Assembly (NCBI GenBank): GCA_963827655.1
Contig: CAWHCF010000034.1
Location: 32,001 to 96,000, forward strand
Direction of reading: 5' to 3'
From: an uncultured Acidobacteriota bacterium
GTDB lineage: Bacteria; Acidobacteriota; UBA6911
Length of the DNA: 64,000 nt
In this document: piece after piece, positions 9,464 through 20,643 of the stretch
Numbering within the stretch: position 1 is the first letter of the stretch
Layout of the letters: the number at the start of each line of letters is the position of its first letter
Notes under the pieces: generated by a model
Told to the model about the DNA's origin: nothing
What the model saw: only the letters and a program-made list of their open reading frames with translations
Database searches by the model: none
Program-made: the position numbers and the translations under genes

Positions 9464-9540
9464 TGGTCGGGGCATCCGGATTTGAACCGGAGACCTCCTG
9501 CGCCCAAGGCAGGCGCGCTACCAGGCTGCGCTATGCCCCG
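9464..9540 (-). tRNA. tRNA-Pro(TGG)
   Basis: CGGGGCA acceptor, CCTGC-CT TGG GC-GCAGG anticodon arm, TTCAAAT T-loop, encoded CCA. Confidence 0.97.
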
Positions 9541-9600
9541 ACCAGCCAACGCCGGACATTCTAATCTACTTTGACACTCGCTTCCACTCCCCGACATTGA

Positions 9601-9664
9601 TTGGCGTCTTCGTGTCTGGGCGGTTTTTGTACCGCAAAACCATGAAGACGTGACAAGAGACCAA
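9601..9664. repeat. Inverted nonamer array (degenerate)
   Basis: TTGGCGTCTTCGTGTC ... CATGAAGACGTGACAAGAGACCAA. Confidence 0.55.
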
Positions 9665-9847
9665 ACGATTTCGACGGCGCCAGGGTGTATAATGACGCCC
9701 CGGATGCAATCGTTTTGCTGATTCTCCGCATGGTTCGCTGAGCCATGCAGCGACCAGCTTCACGGAATCACTCGGTTTTCGGGATCTCCGAGCAATCGGA
9801 GTTGGATCGGAACGAAAACCGTAGGTGTCTATCGAACGGAGAACAAA

Positions 9848-10204
9848 GTGCCAGGAATACTAAAGCGGCGCACCATCTTCCTGCTGTCTGATTTTCCCCG
9901 GTGCGATGAGCCGCAGTGGTCCCCAATGGCCGACGTATACCGGACTCGCACCGGTTGGATCTTGAAATTCGACCTGGCAGGCGTGCGCCCGGAAGATATT
10001 CGCGTCCGAGCGGAAGGATGCCGCATCACCGTCAGCGGAACTCGACGCGATTCGGTCCTGCAAGAGGAAGGCTACAGCTGCTACTCGATGGAGATTTCCT
10101 ACAACCGTTTCGAGCGGACCATCGAGCTCCCGTGCGAGTTCGATAATCCCAGGGTCAACCTGGAGTTCCACGACGGGATCCTGCTGGTTCGCGTGACCCA
10201 CTGA
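9848..10204 (+). CDS. Hsp20/alpha-crystallin small heat-shock protein
   Basis: WSPMADVY, DLAGVRPEDI, FERTIELP, DGILLV. Confidence 0.92.
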   Translation: MPGILKRRTIFLLSDFPRCDEPQWSPMADVYRTRTGWILKFDLAGVRPEDIRVRAEGCRITVSGTRRDSVLQEEGYSCYSMEISYNRFERTIELPCEFDNPRVNLEFHDGILLVRVTH

Positions 10205-10216
10205 AAGGTCTGATTG

Positions 10217-12589
10217 GTGAGCGAAGCGACTGACACCCGCGTATTACCTGTGCTGCCTATCAAGAACAGCGTCCTCTTTCCCTACCTCCTGTTGCCGCTC
10301 TCGGTGAGCCGACCCAGCTCCATTGCGGCGGTTGAGGCATGCCTCAATACTGAAGAAAAGGAAATCATCGTCGTGGCTCAGCGCGACGTTTCGGTCGAAG
10401 CTCCCCAGCAGCCAGACCTCTATTCCGTCGCGACCAAAGGGGTCATCAAGCAGATGGCGCGCCCACAAGAAGACCGGGTGGACCTCATCGTCGTCGGGAT
10501 CGAACGCGTCGTGATACTCAAGCTTGAGCAGACCGAGCCTTACCTGACGGCGCGGGTCCGGCCTCTGCCTCTGCCGGATGACAAGAGCACCGAAGTCGAA
10601 GCCTTGCACCGCGCCGTTCTTGAACTGGCGTCGAAAGCGGTCGCGCTCGCTCAACCGCAGGCTCCGGGAGAATTGGGCCGTCTGCTTGCCAGCACTGAGG
10701 ATCCGATGCGCCTGGTTTATCTACTCGCCTCGATGATGAGCATCGAAGCGCAAAAAGAACAGGCGCTGCTGGAGGCCGCGACGCGCGCGGATGCTCTCCG
10801 TCTCGCGCATGGCTACCTCACGCACGAAATAGAAGTGCTGGAACTGCGCAGCAAGATCGCCAGCCAGGCCCAGACGGAAATGAGCCGCGAACAGCGCGAA
10901 TACCTGCTGCGGCAACAACTGAGAGCCATCCAGCAGGAACTGGGTGAAAAGAACCCGGAGCAAGCCGAGGCCGAATTACTCTCAGAACGGCTCGAAAAGG
11001 CCGATCTTCCCGATGAGGTGCGCAAAGAGGTTCAGCGCGAGCTCTCGCGCATGGCGAAGCTGCCCCCTGCCGCCCCCGACTATCACGTGATCCGCACCTA
11101 TGTTGATTTGGTGCTCGAGTTGCCCTGGCGCGTGAGCACCGAGGATCAGCTCGAAATCTCGCGGGCCCGGCAGGTCCTGGACGAGGATCACTACGATCTG
11201 AAGGAAGTCAAGGAACGAATCCTCGAACATCTTGGAGTTCTGAAGCTGAACCCCCAGGCCAAGGCGCCGATTCTCTGTTTTGTCGGTCCGCCGGGCGTGG
11301 GGAAAACTTCGCTCGGCCAGTCGATCGCGCGCGCCCTGGGCCGCAAGTTCGAGAGGTTGAGTCTGGGCGGCATGCACGACGAAGCCGAACTGCGCGGACA
11401 CCGTCGAACCTACATCGGAGCCATGCCGGGCCGAATCGTTCAAGCGATTCGCCGGGCCGGAGCCAATAATCCAGTGATGATGCTGGATGAGGTCGACAAG
11501 CTAGGACGCGATTTCCGCGGAGATCCTGCGGCGGCGCTGCTGGAGATTCTGGACCCGGAGCAGAACCGTAACTTTCGGGATAATTATCTCGATCTTCCCC
11601 TCGACCTTTCGCGCGTGCTGTTTATCACAACCGCCAACGCTCTCGACACGATTCCGCGCCCCTTGCTCGACCGGATGGAGCTTCTGCGCCTGCCCGGCTA
11701 CAGCTCCGAGGAGAAGGCGCAAATCGCCCGCCGCTACCTGATCCCGAGGCAACTCAGAGAGACAGGTCTTTCAGGGGAGCAGTGCTTCATCACAGACGAA
11801 GCGCTGCAACGCATCATTTCCGAATATACGCGCGAGGCCGGGGTCCGACAGCTCGAGCGCGCCATCGGACGGGTCGCGAGGAAGGTGGCTTTGCGTTACG
11901 CAGAGGGGAATGCGACGCCAGTCACCGTCGGTCCAGAGGATTTGACCGAGATGCTCGGACCAAGGCCTTTTTACCCGGACCAGTTGCGCAAGGAGCTGCC
12001 GCCCGGAGTGGCGACGGGCCTTGCCTGGACCGAAAGCGGCGGCGACGTACTCTACGTCGAAGCCACTCTGCTGCCTGAAAGTCGCGGTCTGACTCTGACG
12101 GGACAGCTCGGAGAGGTGATGCAGGAATCGGCGAAGGCAGCTCAGAGTTATATCTGGTCTCATGCCGATGAACTGGAAATCGATCACTCACTCTTGCGCC
12201 GGACCGGCGTCCACATCCACGTTCCGGCGGGGGCGATTCCCAAGGACGGTCCGTCGGCCGGAGTCACCATGGCCACGGTGCTTGCGTCGGTCTACACGAA
12301 ATTTCCGGTGCGCCGTGATACGGCGATGACCGGAGAGATTACGCTGACCGGGCTGGTTCTGCCGATCGGCGGGGTCAAGGAAAAAGTCCTGGCCGCGCAT
12401 CGCGCGGGAATTCGCCGCGTGATTCTACCAAAGGAAAACGAAAAGGATCTCCGCGAAATCCCGGAACACGTGAGCCATGACATGGAGTTTCTCTTCGTGG
12501 AACGGATCGAAAGCGTGCTGGCTGAGGCGATTCCACAACTGGCGGAAAAGCTGATGGTCGCGAAGAACCTCGACGTGGTCAAATCCTGA
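10217..12589 (+). CDS. lon: ATP-dependent protease La
   Basis: LON N-domain, Walker [23 protein letters not shown] catalytic Ser, IGGVKEK. Confidence 0.97.
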   Translation: MSEATDTRVLPVLPIKNSVLFPYLLLPLSVSRPSSIAAVEACLNTEEKEIIVVAQRDVSVEAPQQPDLYSVATKGVIKQMARPQEDRVDLIVVGIERVVILKLEQTEPYLTARVRPLPLPDDKSTEVEALHRAVLELASKAVALAQPQAPGELGRLLASTEDPMRLVYLLASMMSIEAQKEQALLEAATRADALRLAHGYLTHEIEVLELRSKIASQAQTEMSREQREYLLRQQLRAIQQELGEKNPEQAEAELLSERLEKADLPDEVRKEVQRELSRMAKLPPAAPDYHVIRTYVDLVLELPWRVSTEDQLEISRARQVLDEDHYDLKEVKERILEHLGVLKLNPQAKAPILCFVGPPGVGKTSLGQSIARALGRKFERLSLGGMHDEAELRGHRRTYIGAMPGRIVQAIRRAGANNPVMMLDEVDKLGRDFRGDPAAALLEILDPEQNRNFRDNYLDLPLDLSRVLFITTANALDTIPRPLLDRMELLRLPGYSSEEKAQIARRYLIPRQLRETGLSGEQCFITDEALQRIISEYTREAGVRQLERAIGRVARKVALRYAEGNATPVTVGPEDLTEMLGPRPFYPDQLRKELPPGVATGLAWTESGGDVLYVEATLLPESRGLTLTGQLGEVMQESAKAAQSYIWSHADELEIDHSLLRRTGVHIHVPAGAIPKDGPSAGVTMATVLASVYTKFPVRRDTAMTGEITLTGLVLPIGGVKEKVLAAHRAGIRRVILPKENEKDLREIPEHVSHDMEFLFVERIESVLAEAIPQLAEKLMVAKNLDVVKS

Positions 12590-12665
12590 AGCGACATGAA
12601 AGAATTGGTCCTGCGGCGCGGGGTATTAGAGCTGCTTGCAAAACTCAGCTCTCGGCCAGGAGTGG

Positions 12666-12752
12666 CTTAGGCGCTTAGTGAAGCGTTCAAACCAACATGT
12701 TGTCGTTCACAAGGGGCCTTTCGTTTCGGGGACTTCGCCCCGAACGAACCTT
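12666..12752. repeat. ~80-bp dispersed palindromic repeat, copy 1
   Basis: GCGCTTAGTGAAGCGTTCAAACCAACATGTTGTCGTTCACAAGGGGCC + hairpin; near-identical to 19111-19270. Confidence 0.9.
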
Positions 12753-12951
12753 TCCGAGCGTTCTGTGGCGACGGGTCATCGGCCCGTCGCAAGTAACATG
12801 ATCGGAGGATCTAGCCTAAAAAGTTTATTTGTACCATTGGGGGACCGGCCGGACTTGATAGCCCGTCCGCACATGAGTTTTGCGCCTCCCGGTCAATCGA
12901 GACCCATTCGCTGGAATTTTTTCACGCTTCTGAGGGCAGGCGAATCGACAA

Positions 12952-13560
12952 CTAGGTCGCGAAGAGATCGAGGCTCTCGAGCCGCTTCAAGAGCGACGCC
13001 ACCGCTCGGGCGCGGTGACTGACCCGATTCTTTTCCGCCGGCTTCAGTTCCGCGTAGGTTCGCCCCAGCTCGGGGAATAGAAATATCGGATCATAACCGA
13101 AGCCGTTTGCTCCTCGCGGCTCGAGCGCAATCTCTCCCCGGCACTCTCCTTCAGTCTCGATGATGAGCGCTCCCTTCTGTGCCAGAGCCAGCGCGCAGAC
13201 AAAACGCGCCTGACGCTCTCCGGACGTCCGCTCAAGTTCCAGAAGCAGCTGGCCAATGCGGTCCCGATCGTTCGCACCAGGACGGCCGTAGCGCGCCGAA
13301 CGGATGCCCGGCCGCCCGCCAAGCGCTGCGACTTCCAGACCCGAATCGTCTGCCAGGACCGGGTGCTCGGTTTGACGCGAGTATTCCACCGCCTTGATGC
13401 GGGCGTTCTCGGCGAACGACGCGCCGGTCTCGGCGTGATCGTTGCGAATGAGCAGATCGTCCAGGCTCAAGATCCGCAATTGTGCGGGTGCAAGAAGAGT
13501 ACGGAATTCCTGGAGCTTCCCCCTATTGTGAGTGGCAACGACGAGGGTCGCGGTTCTCAT
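12952..13560 (-). CDS. rdgB: Non-canonical purine NTP pyrophosphatase
   Basis: ATHNRGK, ADDSGL, GFGYDPIF, SHR motifs. Confidence 0.95.
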   Translation of the reverse strand: MRTATLVVATHNRGKLQEFRTLLAPAQLRILSLDDLLIRNDHAETGASFAENARIKAVEYSRQTEHPVLADDSGLEVAALGGRPGIRSARYGRPGANDRDRIGQLLLELERTSGERQARFVCALALAQKGALIIETEGECRGEIALEPRGANGFGYDPIFLFPELGRTYAELKPAEKNRVSHRARAVASLLKRLESLDLFAT

Positions 13561-13570
13561 TTCCGGGAAA

Positions 13571-14323
13571 TCAGGCGGTAGGGAGAAGCCGTTTCAGGTC
13601 GCCGCGCTTCGCCAGTTCCTGCCTTTGGCGCTCAACCAGGAGCTGGATGCCCTGGGTTCCAAGGCGAAGCAGGGCGCCGAGTTGCTCGTCGGTGAAAGCA
13701 GTTTTCTCAGCCGTCCCCTGGATTTCGACAAACTTCCCTTTGCCTGTCATGACGAGGTTCATGTCGACTTCGGCTTTAGAATCTTCCGGGTAATCGAGAT
13801 CGAGGCAAGGACCATCGTCCAGGATCCCGACCGATGTCGCGGCCACGAAATCCGTCAGCGGCGAGAAGTGCAGGAGCTTCCGGTTCATGAGATTATCGAT
13901 GGTGAGAGCCAGCGCGAGAAACCCTCCCGTGATCGAAGCTGTTCGCGTGCCACCGTCAGCCTGCAGTACATCGCAGTCGATGAGCAGGGTGCGATTTCCC
14001 AGCAGGGATAAGTTTATGATACTGCGGAGAGAACGGCCAATCAGGCGCTGGATTTCCTGGGTGCGCCCGGATTGCTTGCCGCGCGACGCCTCCCGGGGAG
14101 TGCGAGTGCTGGTTGCCCGAGGGAGCATTCCGTACTCGGCGGTCAGCCATCCCTGATTTGCGTGATTCAGAAACGGGGGTACTTTATCCTCGACACTGCA
14201 GGTGCAGAGCACGCGAGTATCACCAATCGTGATGAGCACCGATCCTTCGGCGTGCTTCGTGTACCCGAGATCAAGGGCTACTTCTCTTAAAGCCGCTGGA
14301 CTTCGGCCGTGGACTCTCATCAT
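13571..14323 (-). CDS. rph: Ribonuclease PH
   Basis: [41 protein letters not shown]. Confidence 0.97.
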   Translation of the reverse strand: MMRVHGRSPAALREVALDLGYTKHAEGSVLITIGDTRVLCTCSVEDKVPPFLNHANQGWLTAEYGMLPRATSTRTPREASRGKQSGRTQEIQRLIGRSLRSIINLSLLGNRTLLIDCDVLQADGGTRTASITGGFLALALTIDNLMNRKLLHFSPLTDFVAATSVGILDDGPCLDLDYPEDSKAEVDMNLVMTGKGKFVEIQGTAEKTAFTDEQLGALLRLGTQGIQLLVERQRQELAKRGDLKRLLPTA

Positions 14324-14428
14324 CTCGCTGTTTCCTGCAAAGGCGTGTCATCTTACCATAGGGACTTTGCATTTTTTTGTGGTCGCTTTTGTTTTTAACG
14401 GCTAACCTCTAACAACGGGCTGCGCCCC

Positions 14429-14503
14429 TCTTAGTGTTTCTTTGTGTCTTCGTGGTTAGCGCTGCGAAGCAAAGACTGCCAGGACACGAAGAAACACCAA
14501 GAA
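14429..14503. repeat. Inverted nonamer array
   Basis: TCTTAGTGTTTCTTTGTGTCTTCGTGG ... GGACACGAAGAAACACCAAGAA. Confidence 0.7.
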
Positions 14504-14543
14504 TCCTTGCCAAAAAAGGCAACAGAACCCGTAAGATTACGCT

Positions 14544-15283
14544 ATGAGCTATTATTCGCAAGCGAGCCGCGTCTTTTTTGGCGGTCCGGTTACCCGCACT
14601 GTCAAGATCCTCATCATAACCAATGTTGCCGTTTGTCTAGTTTTGAAATTTTCGGAGCTGGCTGGAAGCCACGTTCTCATTTCCTATTTCGGACTGATTC
14701 CCGCGGCGGGTGACTCATCAGCTGATGGTGTGGCAGCTGGTCACCTACATGTTTCTTCACGTCGATATCCTTCATCTCTTCTTCAACATGCTTACGCTTT
14801 TCATGTTCGGCAACGACCTGGAACGCCACTGGGGAACGGAGCGCTTCTTGAAGTATTACTTCATCACCGGGATCGGCGCGGGTGTTTGTTCCTGGCTGGT
14901 GGCGATGGACAGCGCGGCGGCCACGATTGGAGCTTCGGGCGCGATTTATGGGCTTCTACTGGCCTATGGCCTTCTTTACCCTAATCGGATTATCTTTCTG
15001 AACTTCCTCATCCCCGTGAAAGTGAAGTACCTGGTGCTGTTGATGGGGGCGATCGCATTTTTCTCGTCCCTGTCGGGCCGAGAATCGGGAATATCTCACA
15101 TCGCTCACCTCGGAGGTATGCTCGTGGGCCTGGTATTTCTCAAGGGCAAGGATTGGTTGGTCCAATACAAGATTTATCACGAGCGGCGCCGGCGCGAGCA
15201 ATTAAAGAAGCAGTTCGAAGTCTACTACGGTGAGGTGCGCAGGAAAATCGACGACAAGAAAAAAGGGCCCGACCATTCATTGA
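14544..15283 (+). CDS. Rhomboid intramembrane serine protease (frameshift ~14707, probably also ~15262)
   Basis: [22 protein letters not shown] (Ser), AHLGG (His); probable end KGPTIH*. Confidence 0.88.
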
Positions 15284-15301
15284 GCCTTACCACCTTCCTC
15301 G

Positions 15302-16799
15302 ATGCCGAAATCGAAAAAGTATATTCTCGCCCTGGACCAGGGCACCTCCAGTTCTAAAGCCTTTCTCTTCGACCAGGACGGGCCGGATTGTGAGCCAGGC
15401 CTTCCGCGATTTTCGCCAGATCTATCCGAGGCCGGGTTGGGTCGAGCACGATCCGGAGGAAATCTGGCGCAGCCAAATGGAGGCGGCGCGGGAAGCTGTG
15501 GCCTTGGCGGCGATCGATGCGGAAGAGATTGCTGCGCTTGGAATCACCAATCAGCGCGAAACCACGATCCTGTGGGAGAGGGGGTCCGGAAAGCCGATCC
15601 ATAATGCCATAGTCTGGCAGTGCCGTCGCACCACGCAACGTTGCGACGATCTGAGGCAAGAGGGGTTTCACGAGACCTTGAAGGCGCGCACCGGACTCGT
15701 CACCGACGCATACTTCAGCGGGACCAAGGTGGAGTGGATTTTAGATCAGGTCGACGGCAGCCGCTCCCGCGCGGAAAAACGGGAGATCCTCTTCGGCACG
15801 GTCGATTCCTGGCTTATCTATAACCTGACCGCGGGAAAGGTCCACGTCACAGATTACTCGAATGCTTCACGCACCCTGCTGTTCAACATTCATAAGCGGG
15901 AGTGGGATGATGAGATTTTAAGCAAACTGAGAATTCCAGCCGCGCTGCTGCCGGAAGTTCGACCTTCAAGCGCAGTCCTGGGAGAGACCGATTCCAGACT
16001 GTTTGGCGCTCCGATTCCAGTAGCGGGGAACGCCGGAGACCAGCAAGCCGCGCTTTTTGGGCAGACTTGCTTTCGGCCCGGACAAGCGAAGAATACTTAC
16101 GGGACTGGCTGTTTCATGTTGATGAATACCGGAGAGCAGGCAATCCCGTCCGCCGATCTGCTCACCACGATCGCCTGGGGGGTGGACGGACGCGTGAATT
16201 ATGCCCTGGAGGGAAGTGTGTTTATCGCCGGCGCCGCAATCCAGTGGCTGCGGGATGAAATCGGCCTGCTCGACAGCTCTGCTCAGAGCGAAAGTCTGGC
16301 TGCCTCGGTCGAGGATACCGGCGGCGTTTACTTTGTTCCCGCGTTGGTCGGGTTGGGAGCTCCTTACTGGGACCCATATGCGCGCGGCACGATCGTCGGG
16401 CTGACTCGTGGATCCGGACGGGCGCACGTGGTCCGGGCTGCGCTCGAGGCCATTGCCTACCAGACGCGCGACGTCCTGGAATCCATGAGGCGGGATTCAG
16501 GGATTGCGCTCGAAGTCCTGGGGGTGGACGGCGGGGCAGCGGTGAACAACCTGCTTTGCCAGTTCCAGTCGGATATCCTGGGAGTGTCGGTTGAACGGCC
16601 CGCCGTATCTGAAACAACAGCTCTGGGGGCCGCCTATCTGGCAGGCCTCGCCATCGGATTCTGGGAGAATACCGCAGAGATCTCAAGGAACCACAAGATT
16701 GCGCGACGCTTCGCGCCGGCGATGAGCGCTACCACCCGCGACAGTCTCTACGACGGCTGGCTCCGTGCCGTCGAGCGCTCTCGCGGCTGGGCGAGGTAA
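15302..16799 (+). CDS. glpK: Glycerol kinase (frameshift ~15383)
   Basis: [43 protein letters not shown]. Confidence 0.95.
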
Positions 16800-16800
16800 C

Positions 16801-16880
16801 AATTGCGGATTTCAGGATTGCAGATTGAAGAAGGAGTCTCACTTTAGGAATCCGCAATCTGCAATCTGCAATCCGCAATC
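16801..16880. repeat. Inverted heptamer array (GATTGCG / CGCAATC type)
   Basis: ATTGCGGATTTCAGGATTGCAGATT ... AATCCGCAATCTGCAATCTGCAATCCGCAAT between convergent genes. Confidence 0.85.
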
Positions 16881-19075
16881 AGAAGGCGGGGCCGATCGAA
16901 AGATAGAAATTGAATCTTCCGCTTTCACCCCACCCCCCAACCAGCCGCACCGGACCGATCAGGCTGTCTAGAAGAAGTCCCGCACCCACACCGTTATAGA
17001 GTTTGAAGTCATAAGGACGCTGCTGGTTGTTGCTGATTCCGGCGATGTTATAGTCCACGTACACATAACCGCGGCGGACCAGGCTCAGGGGGCGCGAAAA
17101 AAGCCTGCGGCGATAACCCGCCCCTGCGATACCGAACTGGCTGGGGGCAAACTCGTCGCGGCTGTAACCCAGAAATTGTTTCGAGCCGATTTCCGAGAAA
17201 CTGAACCCTCCCAGGTAGACCCGCTCGAAGAAGGGAAGGGCGCCTCGGGACAATGCTCCCCCGGCGTAAACTCGTATTGCCGAACGCTCCGACAGCGAGA
17301 AGAAGCGCTGCAAATCCGCCTGCCACAGAGAGTAGCTGAAGTCGGCTCCGAGATTCTCGCTTACCTTGTCAATTTGAAAATTGAGCAGCATGCCGGTCCG
17401 TGGAAAATCCTGACTGTCCAGTGTGTCACGGGATGCGCGCGCCCGAAGCCCGCTGAGCCTCCGGGAATTCTCTTCACGCTGCGGAGATGTTCCTCCGACG
17501 ATGATAGCCCGATCGAGGCGGTAGCCGGCTTGCAATTCCATGCGCTTGAACAGAGTTGCTCCGAGCATCAGCTGCAAACCGCGCCGTCTATCGGTAAATC
17601 TGTCGACCAGATCACCGTCGCGCAAGTCGAGACGTTCCAACTTCTGAAAGTGCACCTCGGGCTCCAGGAATAAGAACGAGAGCCGGGGGTGTACGAAACG
17701 CAGGCCGGCGCTGTGTCTCTCGAGTCCGCCGAACTGGGTGGAGAGAGTCCCCACCGACGGCGTGCCAAACAGGCCGCGTGCGTTGAACTCGCCTAGCGCG
17801 ACAAACTTGTAGTCCCGGTCGAATCGTATGCTGGCGCCGATGGTATGGCGCAACGATTCCTTCACGATGTAGTGCAAACGATAGCGATTGCTCTTGACCT
17901 CTTCGAGGCGGTAATCGACCTGATCGAAGAGGCCGGTGGCATAGAGCCGGCTCAGGTCTTCGCGAAGAACCTTCACGTTAACCGGCTGGTCAGCTCTGGC
18001 CCGCACCTCACTGATCAACCGCGAGGCTTCCACATGGGTGAGGTTGTCAAAGGTTATCGACTCGATCACGGGTTTTACAGGGGGAACCGGGCTCTTGCTT
18101 GACTCGGCGCGAGAGACATTCCTGACAAGTTTATGAAGATCATCCTTGAGCGCCATGGCAGCGGCCTCGCCTTGGGCGCTTATGGCCAGGACCTCGGTGT
18201 AGTCGGCGGGGGTGAAGCCCTTGAGTTCCGGGGTCAGGACCAGATCGGCAAACTTCAAATTGGCTTCGACCGTCTGTTTCATGCGCAGGCTCAGGGCCTG
18301 ATCCATCACGTCGATGAAAGTCCGGATCGACTCTTTCTTGAGCAAGGGCGAAGTGACATCCACCGCGATGACAATGTCCGCTCCCATGTCGCGCACGATG
18401 TTGGTGGGCAGATCGTTGACCAGCCCTCCGTCCACAAGGAGTGTGTCACCTTTTTCCACGGGTGTGAAAATCGCAGGAAGTGCAATGGACGCGCGCATGG
18501 CCTCGCTCATTTGCCCGCGATCGAATATGTAAGGTTGGCCCGTGAGCAAGTCGGTGGCTACGGCGCGAAAAGGTATCTTGAGGTGATTGAAATCGTAGTC
18601 GGCGGCCAGCATCCCTTGAGTGGTGTAGTAATTCAACACCTCGATCAAGCGCTGTCCGCCGGAAATCGCGGCCGGCAATTCAATATTGAAGTTTCGCAGC
18701 CCGAGCTCGCCAAGGTACCGAAGATTCTTGCGCTGAAGGATGGGGGATAGCTGCCGTTCCGGCGTATCACTGAAGAGATGGTCCCAGTCCTGCGAGGAGA
18801 AGATCTCCTCGATCTCCTGCAGCCGGGTAACCGAGAGCGTAGAACCCGCCCACCAGGGCGCCGAAGCTTGTCCCGGCGATGAAGTGAATCGGTATTCTTT
18901 CCCGTTCCAGAACTTTCAGCACGCCGATGTGCGCGGCGCCTCGCGCCCCTCCTCCGCTGAGGGCGAGTCCGACTCGGGGTGAGCCGGTGGTCGGCTGCGA
19001 CGCCGCCGTCAAGCATGAACCGGCGAAACAAACGAGACAGGAAAACAGGACCAAGGATTTCCGAGAACCGCGCAT
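16879..19075 (-). CDS. Patatin-POTRA-Omp85 beta-barrel fusion (PlpD/type Vd-like); frameshifts ~18820 and ~18680
   Basis: Signal peptide, [16 protein letters not shown]; POTRA ([10 protein letters not shown]); barrel ending [11 protein letters not shown]. Confidence 0.85.
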
Positions 19076-19105
19076 TTAACATGCTCCTGTGAAGTCTTCG
19101 CGTTT

Positions 19106-19271
19106 CTTAGGCGCTTAGTGAAACGTTCAAACCAACATGTTGTCGTTCAAAGGGGCCTTCGTTCGGGCGAAGTCCCGAACGAACCTTAGCGCTTAGTGAA
19201 ACGTTCAAACCAACATGTTGTCGTTCACAAGGGGCCCTTCGTTCGGGGCGGAGTCCCCGAACGAACCTTAG
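19106..19271. repeat. ~80-bp palindromic repeat, tandem copies 2 (19111-19188) and 3 (19189-19270)
   Basis: Direct tandem duplication bounded by CTTAG. Confidence 0.9.
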
Positions 19272-19340
19272 TGTCTTTGCGTCTTCGTGGTAAGTGCGGC
19301 GAAACAAAAACCAACCACGAAGACACGAAGACTCGAAGAA
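19267..19340. repeat. Inverted nonamer array
   Basis: CTTAGTGTCTTTGCGTCTTCGTGGT ... ACCACGAAGACACGAAGACTCGAAG. Confidence 0.8.
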
Positions 19341-19384
19341 ACCGGTCTTAGCCGATCACAGTCTCGTATCCAGGATCTGCTGCT

Positions 19385-20576
19385 TCATTCGATGCGCCGG
19401 CGTCTGAAAGCTGGTTCGTCCAGGTTTTCTTTCGCCGAAGAAGTTCGATAGTCAATCTCCTTCTCGAGGGTCTTATCGTAGTTGGAACCGGTCGTGCGGA
19501 AGCCGCTCTCTCCAGGCGTGCTCATCGAGATTACGTTGCTTCCGGCGCGAGCGGCGTCGCTGCCCTTGGACTTGTCAAGCGGGTCCTGGTTGAATCCGGT
19601 TGCTATGACCGTGATCTTGATCCGGTCTCCCATAGATTCGTCGTAGACGGCGCCGAAGATCGTATCTTCAGGGTTGGCGACCTCCTCGATGATCTTAGCC
19701 GCGGCATCAACCTCAAAAAGCTTGAGGCTCTGCCGGGTGGCGGTGATGTTGATGAGGACGGCCTTTGCGCCCTTGAGGGTGGTTTCCTCCAGCAAGGGAC
19801 TGGATATTGCGCGCTGGGCGGCTTGTACGGCTCGTCCTTCTCCCTCGGCATGGCCGGTGCCCATGAGAGCCATTCCCTTTCCCGACATGATGGTACGCAC
19901 GTCGGCGAAATCTACATTCACGATTCCGGGCATCGTGATGATGTCCGAGATCCCCTGAACGGCCTGGCAGAGGACATCGTCGGCGTAGCGGAATGAATCT
20001 TCCAGCAACGCCTCCGTTCCCATGGCGTAGAGTAGCCTTTCATTCGGGATTGTGATCAGGGTATCGACGACTTCCTTGAGTTCGCGGATTCCTTCCTCGG
20101 CATGCGAGATGCCTTCTTTTTCCTTCGAAGTTGAAGGGCTTGGTGACAACCCCGACCGTGAGCGCGGTGAGTTCGGTAGCCAGACTGGCGATGATGGGCG
20201 CCGCCCCGGTCCCCGTACCTCCTCCCATGCCGCAGGTGATGAATACCATGTCGGCCCCGTCGAGGAGCTCGATGATCCGTTCGGTATCTTCCAGGGCTGC
20301 CTGCCGGCCGCGCTCCGGAATGGCGCCGCAACCAAGACCGTTGGTCAGTTTTGAGCCGATCTGCAGCTTTATCGGGGCCATGGAGCTCCTGAGCGCCTGT
20401 ACGTCCGTATTTGCGGCAATGAAGTCGACCCCTTCGATTCTTGCCTCGATCATGCGATTCACCGCATTCCCGCCGGCGCCTCCAATCCCGACTACTTTTA
20501 TTCTTGCGGGCGGAAGCCGATCTTCGTCAAAACAGAACCTGGGAGCGGCCTCATCCAAACTTAGTCTTTCAATCAT
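19385..20576 (-). CDS. ftsZ: Cell division protein FtsZ (frameshift ~20120)
   Basis: [34 protein letters not shown]-terminal LDEPAFRRR. Confidence 0.96.
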
Positions 20577-20643
20577 CCCTTCCTCCTTGAATCGTTATGT
20601 GACGCGTTACGAGAACTTGGTTCCCGTTTCGAGACTGAAAAAG

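Noticed and set aside
9373-9763. Small ORFs over tRNA-Pro and its upstream region (also 60312-60899 around tRNA-Gln)
   Set aside because: They overlap RNA genes or repeats and have no protein-like features
12628-12883. Larger element defined by GCAAAACTCA / TGAGTTTTGC inverted ends
   Set aside because: Only 10 bp of complementarity and a single instance; not enough support
19106-19271. CRISPR array
   Set aside because: Only two ~80-bp tandem units with no unique spacers and no cas genes; a third copy is dispersed
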